Below are positions 63,633 through 64,000 of a stretch of DNA of 64,000 nt, piece after piece (the stretch's first letter is position 1; every line of letters begins with the position of its first letter). The notes under the pieces were generated by a model, which saw nothing but the letters and a program-made list of their open reading frames with translations, was not told the DNA's origin and did no database searches. The stretch lies in NCBI GenBank assembly GCA_965113315.1, contig OZ220374.1, one strand, 5' to 3'. The stretch is from Podarcis vaucheri. Taxonomy: Eukaryota. The position numbers were made by a program, and so were the translations under genes.

Positions 63633-64000
63633 AATAAAAATAACTTGTCCGTGAATGGTTTGCTGATGGCATCAATTATTCAGGACATGGTAAAGAAAAG
63701 GATTGCAAGGCATATCTCCAGATTGGGGAAATGGGCAGCAAAATGGCTGATGCAGTCCCCCCCTGTAAAAATTATGCATGGAGAAAGTGAACAGAAGAGG
63801 ATCCCTGTTCAACCTTAAGAAGCAGCTGAAGTCAAGACGCAATGGGAAGAGCCCCCCCCACCACCAACTTTGGTTCCCACAAATCAGTGCCCCTTTTGCT
63901 TCTTCTTCTTCCTCCTCCTCCTCCTCCTATTCCTGGATCAGGGGCTGCAAACCCGAGCCTGATCCTGATAATGCTGCGGGGCTCATAGCACAGTGGCTGT

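Noticed and set aside
57755-64000. Searched for further upstream ARHGAP21 exons or a promoter
   Set aside because: No recognisable N-terminal PDZ coding segment or CpG island found; treated as intron, though a very small exon could be missed.

Overview
Vertebrate genomic DNA, almost certainly a squamate. The Sauria SINE and RTE-BovB repeats point to a lacertid lizard (inference). Two genes converge tail to tail. On + are the last three coding exons and 3' UTR of KIAA1217/SKT (3946-7449, poly(A) signal 8582). The last exon has an apparent 1-bp frameshift and a 200-N gap. On - are 22 coding exons of ARHGAP21 (57754 down to 14503: PDZ, PH/Arf-binding and RhoGAP regions; 5696 coding nt, all GT-AG and phase-consistent by my count; the 5' exons were not found in the window). 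Introns hold Tc1/mariner- and hAT-type MITEs, SINEs, LINE fragments and microsatellites. The top observations are splicing-level. (1) An RTE-BovB insertion duplicated an ARHGAP21 splice donor in its 11-bp target-site duplication, so the in-frame donor is now partly retrotransposon tail. (2) A candidate alternative terminal exon would end the protein after the GAP domain with an amphipathic, Cys-rich tail. (3) A recursive-splicing-like AG|GTGAGA junction lies at the next exon after the BovB site. No prokaryote-type systems, CRISPR arrays or true RNA genes were seen. Gene identities come from recalled homology, not a database search.
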